A stretch of 64,000 nucleotides of DNA from Leucoraja erinacea (Eukaryota): contig NC_073377.1 of NCBI RefSeq assembly GCF_028641065.1, forward strand, positions 51,212,001-51,276,000, in the 5' to 3' direction. A program made the position numbers and the translations under genes. The first letter of the stretch is position 1. The number at the start of each line of letters is the position of its first letter. The notes below the pieces were generated by a model. That model searched no databases. It saw only the letters and a list, made by a program, of their open reading frames with translations, and was not told where the DNA came from. Shown piece by piece: positions 50,516 to 63,790 of this stretch.

Positions 50516-52194
50516 CCCATACAGGAAAGACTGGACCATTACCTTTGCATGAAGATACAAAGGACTGCAGGCACAATGCACTGGGACTGGGGGAGGTTCA
50601 GTGGGTTAGGCAGCATCCCTAGAGAATCCCTAGAGTGACTTTTCAGGTCGGGAACCTTCTTCCTTGTTTCTATAAGGAACTGTAGATTACAAAAAAAGAT
50701 TGTGTTGGGATAGCTTAGCAGGTCAGGCAGTAATTCTGGAGACCACGGGTAGGTGACATTTCAGATTAGGACCCATGTTCAGACTAGTGAAGAAAGGTTT
50801 ATTTTGAACCATAGGCAGACATTGGATTGCTCTGTTCAGGGAACTATGGTCTGTGCTCCACACATTACTTTCTCAGTATGGTTAGGTCACTATATTCCCA
50901 TTGATCCTCCAGTCCCTCTATCCCTGCATGACAGAATTACTGTCAATACTGTCAATATTCTGAGACCTTGTCTTATCTCTCTTGCTATTATTGCTGTTTT
51001 TTTGTGGGTTTTTTTGTTTATATTATTAGAAGTTAATACAGTACAAAACAGTACAGTGGAACCTAATTTTAGGTGCCAACTATGTCATACCTATGTCTTA
51101 TCTCTCTTGCTATTGTTGCTATTATGTTGCATACGGTTAATATGGGAAAGCTCAAAGGAATTTTTCACAGAGGTAGGATAAGTAATGTGTTTGGAAGTTT
51201 GGTTGACGAATTATTCTTTAGAAAATTATTTCAGTGATAGAGAAGTAAAGATGTGGTTTGGGGAAAGAGTTCAGAGACAAGGCAGAACAAAATTCCTGCT
51301 TTGGACACCTTACATCTTGCAGACAACGGAAGAATGTTTAAGAAACAGTTAGATAGGTACATGGATAGGACAAGTTTGGAGGGATATGGACCAAACCCAA
51401 GCAGGTGGGACTAGTATAGTTGGGACATGTTGGCCGGTGTGGGCAAGTTGGGTCGAAGGGCGTTTCCACACTGTATCACTCTATGACTATGATTATTGCT
51501 TAAATTAATCAATTAAGTTGAGCCAACATTTACATTTTTCCCCCGATTAAAATTTACTCTTCATAATTCTTATACACAATATATATTGTATATTTGTGAA
51601 AAACTGTGCAAAGTACTCTTCATACATTCTTAGTGTCTGTATATTCAATAGCGTCAATCCCAGTAGTGTTCACACCTGTCTTTGCACAAAGCACGCTTGG
51701 CACTCACTTGGCCCCCTGGGGTGATATCCCTTCCCTTGTGAGCCAGCATTTAATTGTCTATTCCTAGTTACCCTTGAGAAAGTGCTGGGGAACTTCTTTC
51801 TTAGACAGCTGCGGTCCTTGAGGTCTGGGCACACCCACAGAGTTCCAAGATTTTGACCTAGCAACAGTGAAAGAACGATGATATATTTCCAAGTCAGGAT
51901 GTTGTGGCTTTGAGGGAAATTAATATTGATCACTGGCTAATCTTACGTAAATGAGAGGGGGAAGAAAGTGAGCATCAGACCAATTTATGCCTGAAACCCA
52001 CCCAAAAAAGGGCAATGCCATGCACTTGAGTTAGCAGTATTTCACAAGCTTGCTTCCTGAGTTAATTTTAACATGAATGCATTTTTATGATGTCTGGGTT
52101 TTTTTTTTACTTCTTCAGGAGAATTTATGATAAAAACCTTTTCAATTAATTTACTGGGAATCAGAATAAGTGGATTACAGTTCTTCTGTAAAGT

Positions 52195-52500
52195 GAATTG
52201 AATTAAATTGAATACTTCATTGTCACATTGTGACAAGCTACAGTGAAATTCTTTACTAGCATACAAAAGGTATGCAAATAGTTGCCACATAAAGGGGGCT
52301 TACAAAGTTACAAAGTATCCCACTCTGCTTCCTCCTATGTTCCCGGTTGTACAAACTTGGACTTCATCTGATGCAGTCCCTGGCCGCGGGCCCCATTGAC
52401 CGAGGCCCCTGCTCCACCACCGCCTCCCGTGCGTGTTCGACCACCCCCATTCCAGTCCGTGCCATCCGACCACCCCCGAAGCCTTCTGCCGGATGGCCCG
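52195..52500 (-). mobile_element. GC-rich retroposon with Rex1-like tail
   Basis: (TGAAT)n tail, TTGTCACATTGTGACAAGCTACAGTGAAATTC, GC-rich body. Confidence 0.6.
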
Positions 52501-52519
52501 ACGGGAGGTGGGGCAAGGG

Positions 52520-53640
52520 GAATATTACCGTTGTGGCCAGCATATTCTGCAGCTTATTGATCATTGCTACCCCACAGACTTCCATTGGCAATGTGGGAAA
52601 TTGCCCAGGTACAGTATGTTTTATTCACAAAAGGCAGGACTGTTTTTCAACCTAGCTAATCCAATCCATCTAATTACTGCACCATCAGTATGTTCTCAAT
52701 CATTAGCAAATTGCCAGAAGCAGTCTTTAATGGTGCTATCAAGCAGAAATGATCTATTCACCGATATCCTGTTTGGATTGTGCCAGGAGTGTGATGGAGT
52801 ACTCTCCACATGTCCGAACGAGGACATTAAGAACAATTCTCGACTAAGAACAACTCTCAAGATGTTTGACATCATTTGGGGGGCAGCCAATTTGATTGGA
52901 ACCCCATCTACCACCTTGTGCATTCATTCCCTCCACCACACACATGCAGTGGCTGCATTGTGTAACATTTACAAAATCACTGCAGTTTCTCTCCCAAGCT
53001 ACTCTGACAGCACCACCCAGATCCACAATCTTTACCACCATGAATGACAAGTTCAGCTGGCACTTGGAAACACCTCCATCCACAGCTCTCCCTCCAAGTC
53101 GAACTACAATCTGACCTGGAAATATCTCGCCAATCCTTCATTATCACTTAATCTTAATCCTAGAACTCTCTACCTGACTATACCGTGGGAGTATCCTCAG
53201 CAGAAGGATAGCAAAGGATACAGTCATCGTAGGCAACATGGACTGGTTGATTGATACTTTATTGTCACATGTATTAGGTACGGTGAGATTCTTTGTTTGC
53301 ATGCAATATGCAAATGGGTGCTGGCAAAGTTACAAAAAGTACTCAATGTAATCCCTCTTCCTTCCCCTCAGTCCCTCTTTGTTTTTCAGTACCCCCCCCC
53401 CCACACACACCGGCCCCCTCTTTGATCTTGGCAGCGCGTCCATCACCGACCACCAGGACTCAGGCAGGCCCGTCCTCAGCCGTCTGCCAGTACTCATGTG
53501 AGCGATGGCTCTCCCATGAACATCCATTCTCACCGACGTCCCTCTCCCTCACCATTGTCCCTCTCCCTCACCGACATCCATCCCGCTCGTCAATGCCGAC
53601 TGGAAATAGATATTGACATTGCCAGCAATGTCCAGATTTC
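52520..53640 (+). mobile_element. Old CR1/L2-group LINE of a second clade, internally deleted
   Basis: AATGTGGGAAATTGCCCAGGTA..CACAAAAGGCAGGAC..AATTACTGCACCATCAGT resembles WKIAQV.P.HKK..NYRPISLL; its 3' region matches the minus fragment at ~51740-51925. Confidence 0.6.
53247..53597 (-). mobile_element. GC-rich retroposon with Rex1-like tail and 6-bp TSD
   Basis: GACTGG at 53241-46 and 53598-603; TTTATTGTCACATG..GGTGAGATTCTTTG tail. Confidence 0.7.
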
Positions 53641-54319
53641 AGAAAATGAGTAAATTAAGAAAAACATCCAGCATAAAGCAGCTTGCTGCATTGCAGCCCA
53701 ATAATGATGCAGTGTTTGCAGCATTTTCAATTCAACGAAGGTTGGCACAGCTCTTGAGAGCTTCATCTCATCCAAAGCAGAAGCTACCCAGAAAGAGAAG
53801 GATTTGCATCACTCGGATACATAAACATCCACAAGGAATGTGCCAAACCATATAACTTTCTCACCTCAAAATATAGACATAACAGACTAGAATCTGGAAC
53901 AACGAAATAAGCTGCAAGAAGAACTGAATGGGTTGAACAGGGTTGGGGGCAAAGGGTTGGTCAATGTTGCGGTCAAAATCTTATGGCAGGCATGAGAGTG
54001 TGGAGGGGAGATTGCCAGTATAAAGAAGTAAGAAGAAGGGGTGAGGCGGGGGCTAGCAAGTGATGGGTAGAACCAGGTGAGGAGGGTAATGATGGGCAGA
54101 TAGAGCCATTGGAAAGGGGGAAGCTTGGAGCTGGGGGCTTGTGGCTGGTGAGTGATGGGTAGAGACTGATAAGGAGAGAGAAGAAAGGGGGAAAAAGGAG
54201 CCAGAGGGGCGGAAGGGGAGGAGGAAGGTGGAGAAAGAGGCTGGAAGGTGATTAGTGAAGACATTAGAGGTTACAAATTGGTTGAACCTGATAAGTAAGG
54301 AAGGTGATAAATGGAACCT

Positions 54320-55478
54320 CAACAAGGTTCTGCATGGTAGGCTGCTCTGGAAGGTTAGATCGCATGGGATCCAGGGAGAGATAGCTGAATATATAACAAA
54401 TTGGGTTATGTGGAAGGAAGCAGAGGGTGATGTGGAAGGTTGCTTCTCGGACTGGAGGCCTGTGATTAGTGGTATGCTTCAGGGTTCGGAGCTGGGCCCA
54501 TTACTGTTTGTCATCTACATCAATAATTTGGATGAGAACATACAGGGTATAATTAGCAAGTTTGCTGATGATACAAAAGTGGGTGGTTTTGCAAATAGTG
54601 AAGTTGGTTGTGAAAGATTGCAGCAGGATCTGGATCTATTGGCCAGCTGCACTGAGGAATGGATGATGTGATTTAATACAGAGATGTGTGAGGTGTTGCA
54701 TTTTGGGACGTCTAACAAGGGCGGGACCTACACAGTGAATGGTAGGCCTCTGGGGAGTGTTGTAGAGCAGAGGGATCTAGGAGTGCAGGTGCATGGTTCC
54801 TTGAAGGTTGAGTCGCAGGTAGATAAGGTGGTCAAAAAGGCTTTTGGCACATTGGCCTTCATCAGTCAGAGTATAAAGTATAGAAGTTGGGAGGTCATGT
54901 TGCAGTTCTATAAGACGTTGGTGAGACCACATTTAGAATATTGTGTTCAGTTCTGGGCACCAGGTTATAGGAAAGATATTGTCAAGCTTGAAAGGGTTCA
55001 GAGGAAAATTACGAGGATGTTGCCAGGACTAGAAGGTGTGAGCTATAGGGAGAGGTTGAGTAGGCTGGATCTCTATTTCTTGGAGTGCAGGAGAATGAGG
55101 GGTGATCTTATAGAGGTGTGTAAAATCATGAGAGAAATAGATTGGGTAGATGCACAGAGTCACTTTGCCAGAGTAGGGGAATTGAGGATCAGATGACCTA
55201 GGATCAAGGTGAAGGGGAAAAGATTTAAAAGGAATCTGAGTGATAACATTTTCACACAAAGGATGGTGGGTGTATGGAACAAGCTGCCAGAGGAGGTAGT
55301 TGAGGCAGAGACTATCCCAGTGTTTAACAAACAGTTAGACAGGTACATGGATTGGAAAGATTTGCAGGGATATGGACCAAGCGCAGGCAGGTGGGACAGG
55401 TTTAGCTGCGACATGTTGGCTGGTGTGGGCAAGTTGGGCTGAAGGGCCTCTTTGCACACAGTATTACTCTATGACTAT
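54320..55478 (+). mobile_element. CR1 LINE, RT domain to tail
   Basis: ORFs 54255-54671 ([26 protein letters not shown]), 54684-55196 and 55209-55442; same subfamily as 32970. Confidence 0.95.
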
Positions 55479-55517
55479 GAATCAGCTGGAAGAGAGATAT
55501 GGGTAAACAGAAGACAT

Positions 55518-55876
55518 GATTTGAGTATAGGAGCAGGGAGGTTCTACTGCAGTTGTACAGGGTCTTGGTGAGACCACACCTGGAGTATTGCGTACAGTTT
55601 TGGTCTCCAAATCTGAGGAAGGACATTATTGCCATAGAGGGAGTGCAGAGACGGTTCACCAGACTGATTCCTGGGATGTCAGGACTGTCTTATAAAGAAA
55701 GACTGGATAGACTTGGTTTATACTCTCTAGAATTTAGGAGATTGAGAGGGGATCATATAGAAACTTACAAAATTCTTAAGGGGTTGGACAGGCTAGATGC
55801 AGGAAGATTGTTCCCGATGTTAGGGAAGTCCAGGACAAGGGGTCACCGCTTCGGGGAAAAAGTTTTTTTTGGGGAA

Positions 55877-55908
<32 letters not shown>

Positions 55909-56252
55909 CTTTTTTTTTTTTTATTTCTTTTCTTTTTTTTTTTTATGTTTTTTTTTTTATTAATCTTTTAAGGAAAATCCTTTTAAAAGATGAAAGAACT
56001 TTTTCACACACAGAGAGTGGTGAATCTCTGGAACTCTCTGCCACAGAGGGTAGTTGAGGCCAGTTCATTGGCTATATTTAAGAGGGAGTTAGATGTGGCC
56101 CTTGTGGCTAAGGGGATCAGGGGGTATGGAGAGAAGGCAGGTACGGGATACTGAGTTGGATGATCAGCCATGATCATATTGAATGGCGGTGCAGGCTCGA
56201 AGGGCCGAATGGCCTACTCCTGCACCTAATTTCTATGTTTCTATGTTTCTAT
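55518..56252 (+). mobile_element. CR1 3' fragment, (TTTCTATG)n tail, with internal T-rich tract
   Basis: ORF 55553-55963; very similar to the 4575 copy except at 55847-55995. Confidence 0.93.
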
Positions 56253-56729
56253 ATAGTGTACGTTAGATAGGCAGATGGAAAAATGGAATCAAACTGTGTG
56301 GCGTGGGGATGGGTTGGGGTGAGAGTGGTGAAATAAAAAGGAGAGCTAAAGGAACACAAGGTGTGCAGGCTTCCAGAAATCAGAAAATATATTTTCCCTT
56401 TCTTTTATGGCTGGCTGCTGGTTTACAATATTGCTACTCTCCATAATGTAACCATGTCACAGTTCACTACTACAATGCTGTGGTAGCTCAGAAAAGTGGC
56501 TCCCTATCATTCTTAATCCTATAATGGATGAGCAATAAACGTTAACATTTCAGTATTGTCATGACTTCTGAATAACACCTAAACAGAATCCTCTCTCTCT
56601 CTGTCGTCTCACTCCCCTCCTGCATAAAATATGAAAGTTGGAACCAAATATTTGCATGAATGCAATCAAGACCAAAACTATACAACTGCTAATAATCATG
56701 TGCTTTGTCTTAGAACACAGAATATAAAA

Positions 56730-57670
56730 CAGAACATTGAACAGAACAACACAGGAACAGGCCCTTTGGCTCATAATGTCTGTGCCGAACATAAAGGCAA
56801 GATACACTGATCTTATCTGCCTGTACATGATCCATATGTCCATTCTGCACATATCCATGTGCCTATCTAAAAGCCTCATAAACACCACTATGTTACCCCT
56901 GAGTGCGTTCCAGGCACCCACCATCACCTATGCAAAAATCTTGCCATGCACATATCATAGAAACACAGAGAATAGGTGCAGGAGTAGTCCATTCGGCCCT
57001 TCAAACCAGCACCACCATTCAATATGATCTGGGCTGATCATCCTAAATCAGTACTCCGTTCTGGCTTTTTCCCCATAACCCATGATTCCCTTAGCCCTAA
57101 GAGATAAATCTCTCTCTTGAAAACCTTTAAATGTTGTCCCCCTCAACTTCAAGCTATGCCCTCTTGTCTTTGATAATTCCACCCTGGGGAAAAGGTTCAG
57201 ACCTGTCTACTCTATCTATGCCTCCACTATTAATGCCTGTGTTCTACAAGTTGGTGCTTCACTGTGATCACATAGAGCTTGCAATGCACCCAGATGTTGG
57301 ATGGTTTCTGCTTGGGTTGCAATGAAAAAAATCGGTATTATCCTGTTTGGATTTATGATTATTCCAATAGATGATATCCAATAGAATGCAGATATAGTGT
57401 CTGCCTCAACTATCTCCCCTGGCAGCTCGTTCCATATACCCAACACCCTCTGAGTGAAAAATGTGCCCCTCAAATTCATGCTAAATCTTGCCCCTCTCAC
57501 CTTAAACATATATCCGCTTGCTTTTAATTCCCATACCCTGGATAAAACACTTGGTGTATTCACCCTATCTATTCCCCTCATGATTTTTATACGCTCCTAT
57601 AAGATCACCCTTTAGCCTCCTGCGCTTCATGGAATAAACCCCTGGCCTGCCCAACCTCTCTCAATACCTT
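56730..57670 (-). mobile_element. Mosaic of nested CR1 3' ends
   Basis: ORFs 56559-56927 and 57216-57581 (FFTQRVLGIWNELP); CATAGAAA tail at 56956. Confidence 0.8.
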
Positions 57671-57951
57671 AGGCATTACAGGCATTTGTTTTCACTTCAA
57701 CGTATATTTCTACTTCACACCATAATGTGGTCAGTATGAATTTCTTTCATTTCCGTTTTTTTAAACTGTAATTCTGGAGACAAATTCTTATTAAATTACT
57801 TTCATTTATTACATGATGATATCAGAAATACAAAGTTCTCAGATATTTCACACTCGCTGAGAGAAATATGCCCTTGATTTTCCCCAGACGTAGGCACTTT
57901 AAAAGTGCTTCCAATTTCACTGAGAGATTTACATGTTTCAGATTTTCTACA

Positions 57952-59800
57952 AGAAACATCGAAAATAAGTGCAGGAGGAGGCCATTCGGCCCTTCGAGCC
58001 AGCACCGCCATTCATTGTGATCATGGCTGATCGTCCGCTATCAATAACCCGTGCCTGCCTTCTCCCCATATCCCTTGACTCTACTACCCCTAGAGCTCTA
58101 TCTAACTCTCTCTTAAATCCATCCAGAGACTTTGCCTCCACTGCCCTCTGCGGCAGGGAATTCCATTAATTCACAACTCTCTGGGTGAAAAAGTTTTTTC
58201 TCACCTCAGTCTTAAATGACCGCCCCTTTATTCTAAGACTGTGGCCCCTGGTTCTGGACTCGCCCACCATTGACAACACCATACACCTCTGCACATCGAT
58301 GGAGCTGATGTGGAAAGGGTCAGCAGCATGAAGTTCTTAGGACTACATCTGTCTGATGACCTGACGTCCACGGCCAACACCACAGCTCTGGTCAAGAGAG
58401 CCCAGCAGCCACTTCACCCTCTCCGAAGTCTACGTAAAGCAGGCCTCCCCACTACACACCTACGGACTTTTTATAGGGGGACTGTCGAGAGCACACTGAC
58501 ATACGGCATCACTTCCTGGTTCGGGAGCTGCAAGGCGTACGAACGGCACCAACTGGACAGGATAGTGAAGACCGCAAGCAGGATTATTGGTGCTCCACTC
58601 CCCTTCCTGCTGGACATATACAGAAAGAGATGTATCAACAGAGCCATCTCCATCATCAAAGACCCCTACCACCCATCGCATGACATTTTCTCCATCCTCC
58701 CATCTGGGAAGAGGTACAGGAGCATTAGCTGCAAAACCAGCAGGATGCTCCTCAGCTTCTTCCCACAGGCTATAAGACTGTTAAATGGACTTTGTCCCCT
58801 GCCAAGTATCGCGCACTGTTGTGCCGCTGCCGGTCGGAACGGCTGTTGAATGTTTAGTAGAGTGTTAAATTTGTTCATGACATGTATTTTTTATTTTCAT
58901 TTCTATTTATTTTTTCATGCACACTGAATGGACACTGGTTGAGCAACGTTTTTTTGTTTCCTCTGGAATACTCAGGAAATGACAATAAAGATATACTATA
59001 CTATACTATTGGGAACATTTTTCCTGCATCTAGCTTGTCCAATCCTTTTATAATTTTATATGTTTCTATAAGATGCCCCCTCATCCTTCTAAACTCCAGT
59101 GAATACAAGCCTAGTCTTTTCAATCTTTCCTCATATGACTGTCCCGCCATCCCAGGGATCAACCTCGTGAACCTACGCTGCACTGCCTCAATCACAAGGA
59201 TGTCCTTCCTCAAATTAGGAGACCAAAACTGTACACAATACTGCAGATATGGTCTCACCAGAGCCCTATACAACTGTAGAAGAATCTCTTTACTCCTATA
59301 CTGAAATCCTCTTGTTATGAAGGCCAACATTCCATTAGCTTTCTTCACTGCCTGCTGTACCTGTAAGCCAACTTTCAGTGACCGGTGTACAAGGACACCC
59401 AGGTCTCGCTGCACCACCCCCTTACCTAACCTAACCCCATTGAGATAATAATCTGCCCCCTTGTTTTTGCCGCCAAAGTGGATAACCTCACATTCATCTA
59501 TATTATACTGCATCTGCCACGCATCTGCCCACTCACTCAACCTGTCCAGGACACCCTGCAACCTCCTGACTCCTCTTAACAGTTCACACTGCCACCCAGC
59601 TTTGTGTCATCCGCAAACTTGCTAGTGTTGCTCCTACTTCCCTTTTCCAAATCATTAATATATATGGTAAACAGTTGCGGCCCCAACACCGATCCTTGGG
59701 GCACTCCACTCGCCACTGCCTGCCATTCTGAAAAGGACCCGTTCACTCTTACTCTTTGCTTCCGGTCTGCCAACCAATATTCTATCCATGTCAGCACCCT
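57952..59800 (-). mobile_element. CR1 LINE RT to tail, split by a Rex1 insertion
   Basis: ORFs 59576-59797 ([29 protein letters not shown]), 59001-59561 and 57947-58141. Confidence 0.95.
58273..59007 (+). mobile_element. Rex1/Babar LINE 3' fragment, (CTATA)n tail
   Basis: Open frame 58310-58849 VERVSSMKFLGLHLSDDL..FYRGTVESTLTYGITSWFG..LPSGKRYRS..SFFPQAIRLLN; ATTG duplicated at both ends. Confidence 0.93.
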
Positions 59801-60145
59801 AGAATGTTATGTTTTCAAAAACAGTTTGGTGGAACTTTTAAGAGCAATTTGAGATGTTTGAAAGTTAATCTGCACATTGATTGAAGCTTTGCAGATGGCC
59901 TTCAAGGCTTCATGAATATCGTTTAGTCAGTCACCCACTAAGACAATTTATAACACTTTCAATTTGGAGTCAAATGAAATACCAAGTCCAAGTGGTTCAC
60001 TTCTCCAGCTCTGTAATGTCAAGTTAATGGCTGGAAGCTGATTTGCACACAGGTTGGTCAACCATTCTGAAAGACTAGAGTCGGTGAGAGGCACAGATTG
60101 ATTTCCTTTGCACTATTCTAAGAATGAGCAGCATACCTTGCACAT

Positions 60146-60825
60146 AAACAGTTAGACAGGTACATGGTTAGGACAGGTTTGGAGGGATATGGAACAACAC
60201 AGGCAAGCGGGGACTAGTGTAGCTGGGACATTGTTGGCTGATGTGGGCAAGTTGGGCCGAAGGGCCTGTTTCCACACTGTATCACTCTACAAACCACAAA
60301 ATACCAACTAGGTGCTTATTTGTAGATTGAATGATGGAGTATACCCAAAGGGCGAACTGACCTATTCTTCTTCCTATTTTATGTGTTTGTTTGTAGGTGT
60401 GGGATGTTGGGTCTGGGTGATTAGTGTGTTTGAAGGACATATGTGATCTATTAATGTGCTGCAACGTGAACCTGCTGTCCTGCACTCCCCCAGCACTGTC
60501 ATTATGACAATCTTAGATTCCCCCACCAAAAGTATAAAAATACAGGTGATCAGCCAGCATTTAACCACACTGCGTTGTATAGCATCAGCACTTTAGCGGG
60601 TTTTGACTTTCTTTACCTGCTTGTGATTCTCCTAGCATACAGCATAATTTTTAAGGCAGAGATAAATAGATTCTTGATTAGTACAGGTGTCAGAGGTTAT
60701 GGGGAGAAGGCAGGAGAATGGGGTTAGGAGGGAACGATAGATCAGCCATGATTGAATGCTGGCGTAGACTTGATGGACCGGATTGCCTAATTCTACTCCT
60801 ATCACTTATTACCTTATGACCTTAT
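60146..60825 (+). mobile_element. Two short CR1 3' ends (60146-60290, 60647-60825)
   Basis: Match the tails at 55330-55478 and 13350-13517. Confidence 0.85.
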
Positions 60826-61274
60826 GATCACTCAGTGTCAATTACATATAGGATCTACACCATCATTTCACCAAAGTTTCAATTTGGCAGCATCTCCCAA
60901 ACCTGCTCTCCTTTCCATCTGCCAAGACAATCTCATTCATGCTGGGTCGAACCTAAGAACTCCCTACCCACAGTCTTGTAAAATTCACACGGAGCCAAAA
61001 GAAACTGCAGATGCTGGAATCTTGAGCAAAAAACAAAGTGCTGGAGGATCTCAAAGTCAAAGTCAAAGTCAAAACACACCAAAAAAAAAAAAGTCGATGG
61101 AATGGACAAACGAGTTTCGGGTCAACACCCTTCTTCAGACTCAGAATTCACATAGAGCAGGTTTTTTAAGAGGCAACTCATAACACACAGTGGGCGACAC
61201 AGTGGCGTAGGGTGTGGCACAGTGGCGTAACAATAGAGCTGCAGACTTAAAGTGGCAGAGACATGGGTTTGATC

Positions 61275-62040
61275 CTAACTTTCCCCTGCAACCACAGGAG
61301 TGTCAATACCTGTCCCTATACCTCCTCCTCGACTCTGTCCAAGGACCCCGTCAGTCTCATTTACTGCATCTGCTGTGGACCCCTAAATATCGGATAGATC
61401 GGTGATCATTTTGCTGAACACCTCTGCTCAGTCCACCTAAACCTACCTGATCTCTCAGTTGCTTAACACTTTGATTCCCCCTCCCATTCCCATACTGACC
61501 TTTCTGACCTGGGCCTCCTCCATTGGGGATGGTGACTGGACTTTGTGCCTTCCCTCATAATGGGAACCATTGTGGGGGGGGGTGTTTTTTATGTTTATTG
61601 TTAAATTCTTTAATGTTGTTGCTTATCTTTATCTGCGTGCTGCATGGCAAGACAAATTTCACTACACCAATTGGTGTATGTGACAATAAATGTCCTTTGT
61701 CCTTTGTCCATTGTCAGAGTGAGGTCCAGTGCAAATTGGAGGAACAGCACCTCATATTTTGCTTGGGCAGCTTACACTCCAGCGGTATGAACATCGAGTT
61801 TTCTAACCAAGTAACCCTTGTTTGTCCTCTATCTCCACCCTCCCTCTTCCTAGTTCTCCAATCAGTCTATCTGTCCCCTTCTCCTGTCTAACAATGATCT
61901 ATACATTGTGCTTGATTCTCATCCCCTTTGATGTCTCATTTTCACACCCAACACTTCATTATCTCTTTGTCTTCCCCTCCCCTGACTCTCAGTCTGAAGA
62001 AGTGTCACTACCTGAAACGTCACCCATCCCTTCTATCCAA
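61275..62040 (+). mobile_element. Penelope-like GIY-YIG and 3' fragment with a 181-bp insertion
   Basis: HFAEHLCSVHLNLPDLSVA..HCQSEVQCKLEEQHLIFCLGSLHSSGMNIEF; insert 61526-61706 has TCCATTG TSD and (TGTCCTT)n tail. Confidence 0.82.
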
Positions 62041-62854
62041 GTATTAAGAGTTAACCATACAGTATAGCCTCTTGGAATAAATTGGGAAGTAGTGACCACA
62101 TAGAACAGCAGTGAATCAGATGGTTTGTTGCCATACTCTGGCTACATTAAAAATCACTTCCTGTATTAGAACACAAATTAACACAAGATTTATTGAATTT
62201 AATTGTAAATGCTGAAAGTTGAAATCATGACCTTCAGGCCAGCATTGGTATTGTTGGTTCATGCTCCGATTAACATACCGTAGATCAACTCATTTAATGC
62301 TTTCACAAATACCTGGCATACACACCTGAAAAATATTCAGCTCATTAAATATAGAGGTTAAATGATGCCATTATTTTGAAGAGTGTGGTTAAAGTAGCAC
62401 TTAACTTATAATGGCATGTTTGCTTGATGTGCTGGCGAATTTGTGTGGTCTGTGAAGAGTACTTATTGATGTGAAAATTTGCAATTGGAGTTAACCCAAT
62501 CTAAGGCGCAGGGATGTATCAATATCTGGAGATTCTGGAGTTTAAATTGATACACCAATATTCCTGAAAATAGATTCTGGTAAAAGGATAATTTCACCAA
62601 GTTTGCTGGGATGCAAGCAGAAGCCTCCACGTGCCGCATCCCGGGCAGTGCTGACGACAGAAACTGTACCACAGTGACTGACTGAAGTAGCCAATTCTGC
62701 AACCACCGTCCGTCAGCCGTCACTGACCGACTGGAAAGACGTGATATAGAAGATGGCCGGACCCGAGGAAGAAGAATTAACTTTGCTCATTTAATCTCAG
62801 AAATAGTTGCTTTCCGGAAATTATAACTACTCTTAATTCAAATTCACACATGCA

Positions 62855-63070
62855 CTGACTTCACAGCCCAACACCCGGACTTCCATCTGTATATATGTAT
62901 ATAGCGCCGCAGAATTGTGCACCTATCCCCCCCCCCCTTCTCCCTTCTGTTTTTTGTTTTTCTGTTTCTTGTTTTTTATACTAAATTATATGTATGCACT
63001 GAGTACGAGCAGCTTTCAATTTCACTGTACATGTATAGTGACAATAAATGGCATATCGCATATCGCATAC
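62855..63070 (+). mobile_element. Rex1-type 3' tail fragment
   Basis: ATTTCACTGTACATGTATAGTGACAATAAA followed by (GCATATC)n. Confidence 0.65.
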
Positions 63071-63237
63071 TGTGGTTTCCATACATTCTGAGATTTTCAG
63101 GAATCTCTTGGAAAAGCTATTGAAAATTCAATCGATAATTGCTAAGCAAGTGCCTATATTTTTTTCTAATGGTAGAAAGAGAAATTGATAATGTTAAAAG
63201 TTTGAAGATTGAAGATAATGTTTGAAGTTCTAGTTGT

Positions 63238-63790
63238 GGGGCATGATGGTGCAACGATATAGTTGCTGCATTACAGTGCCAGATACCCGGGTTCAATTTT
63301 CACACAGAGAGTTGTGAGTCTGTGAAATTCTCTGCCTCAGAGGGCAGTGGAGGCTGGTTCTCTGGATACTTTCAAGAGAGAGCTAGATAGGGCTCTTAAA
63401 GATAGTCTCTTAAAGAGTATGGGGATATGGGGAGAAGGCAGGGTGGGGTACTGATTGGGGATGATCAGCCATGATCACATTGAATGGTGGTGCTGGCTCG
63501 AAGGGCCGAATGGCCTACTCCTGCACCTATTGTCTATTGTCTATTGTGACTATGGGTGCCGTCTGTATGGAGTTTGTACATTCTCCCTGTGACCGCATGG
63601 GTTTTCTCCGAGTGCTCCGGTTTCCTCCCACACTCCAAAGACATACTGGTTTGTAGGATATTTGGCTTTATGAAAGATTGTAAATTGTTGTTTGCGTGTA
63701 GGATAGTGCAAGTGTATGGGGATATTTGGTCGGCATGGACTTGCTGGGCCGAAGGGCCTGTTTCGCCGCTATAAGTTTAAACTAAAGACT
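63238..63790 (+). mobile_element. V-SINE interrupted at its B-box by a CR1 3' end (63297-63546)
   Basis: CCCGGGTTCAAT|CR1 with (CTATTGT)n tail|TGACTATGGGTGCCGTCTG. Confidence 0.88.

Noticed and set aside
52433-53047. 204-aa ORF
   Set aside because: Out-of-frame read-through of a GC-rich repeat and a degenerate LINE
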